NCBI GenBank assembly: GCA_907165135.1
Contig: OU015568.1
Span: forward strand, 2,232,001 to 2,296,000
Reading direction: 5' to 3'
Length of the DNA: 64,000 nt
From: Oikopleura dioica
Taxonomy: Eukaryota > Animalia > Chordata
The notes beneath the pieces were generated by a model that had not been told where the DNA came from, did no database searches, and saw only the letters and a list, made by a program, of their open reading frames with translations. The position numbers and the translations under genes were made by a program. This document shows positions 62,963 to 64,000 of this stretch, in pieces (the first letter of the stretch is position 1; every line of letters starts with the position of its first letter).

Positions 62963-64000
62963 ATGGGGTCGCCAAACGACAGTTATGTGGTGAAAATTGC
63001 GAATTTAGCAATCACCACAAAAGAAGATGATATCCGTCACATGTTTGGATATATCGGTCGCCTGGAGGACTGCCAGATGTATCCTAGAAAGTAAGTGAAG
63101 TCTTCATTGATTGCAGCTTTGATTTTCTAGTGTTTCATTGATGCCAGTCCCGTCCAAAGTCGCTTTTGTCAAGTATAGACATAAACGGGACGCAGCTGTG
63201 GCGCTTCATTTAACAAATTCAATCTTGGTCGACAAGTGTATTCAAGTTATTCCCTGGAGAAATGGTATGACTGCCAAGATTTCTTGATTTAAAAAAATTG
63301 TCTAGATGAAATGCCATCAGAAGCCGTAGCGCTCCAGCAACTTTTCCCTGGAAAAGGATACGGGCAGAATGCGCAAAACAAACCGACCCTCGAAATTTTG
63401 CTGAAAAACGAAGGCTTCGAAGCTGCTCCTGTAAGTATTTTGCCGTTTTCCCTTTCTCATCTTTGTTGCTAGACTATTCCGCCATCAGTGGACATCGAGA
63501 TTCGTGAGCAAATTCAACGAACAATCCATATTCGCGGACTTGACCCTTCCAAGACTACCAATGCTGCCCTTTTGGAGTTCTTTGAAAAATGTGGAGAAGT
63601 GAAGTACTGTACGCTCGCTGGGGAAGGTGATTTTGCTGAAGAATGCGATGTAGGCCTCATCTCTTCTCTACGAAATTTGAAATTATTTTAGGGTTACGTT
63701 GAGTTCTCTGAAATCACAAGTATTATCAACGCGCTCAAACTTGAAGACAAAACAATCAATGAAAAACCATTCACGGTGCGCCTCTTTCACCAAATTGTAG
63801 TTAAATCTTGTTTCAGGTGGAAATGTCTAGATGTGCAATTTTGAAGAGCGCTGTGAAGCCGAAAATGCCCGCTGATGCGGCTATTGAAATCGCTGACGCC
63901 TTAAAAGCGGCCAAAGATGGACGGCTTCCAAGTGGTTTCTTCGGAGAAGCAACTGGCAATCTCGGTAAACAAAGAGCAATATTGACCACTTCTAGCTGCT
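62963..64000 (+). CDS. SREK1: SR-related splicing factor with two RRMs (SREK1/SRSF11 family), runs off the window
   Basis: RRM1 MFGYIG..KVAFVKY..VALHLTNSILVD; RRM2 EQIQRTIHI..FFEKCGEVKY..GYVEF. Confidence 0.75.

Overview
Compact, AT-rich eukaryotic genomic DNA with very short introns (about 40-100 nt), several GA-AG and GC-AG introns, and an operon-like run of housekeeping genes. This points to the appendicularian tunicate Oikopleura dioica (inferred from gene structure, not from a database search). All gene models were spliced by hand, so internal boundaries are approximate. Conserved genes: tRNA-Asn(GTT), an O-fucosyltransferase, an NCKX/SLC24 exchanger, a Kir3-type K+ channel, SLC25A11, LPCAT3, CCDC157, WDR1, UBE2Q, TSG101 and SREK1/SRSF11. 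Between them lie lineage-specific secreted or surface protein genes: a catalytically dead PLA2-like protein, Kelch-like propellers, mucin-like proteins, an LRR-Ig receptor and a divergent GPCR. There are also four MITEs with clear TSDs, a pogo-like relic and a histone H4 fragment. Best candidates for something new: (1) a 14-cysteine module with identical spacing and intron positions, reused in front of unrelated C-terminal domains; (2) two small spliced secreted-peptide genes missed by the ORF track; (3) two antisense ubiquitin-pathway genes nested in introns of the operon-like cluster; (4) a Kir3 channel with an extracellular insert of about 120 aa.
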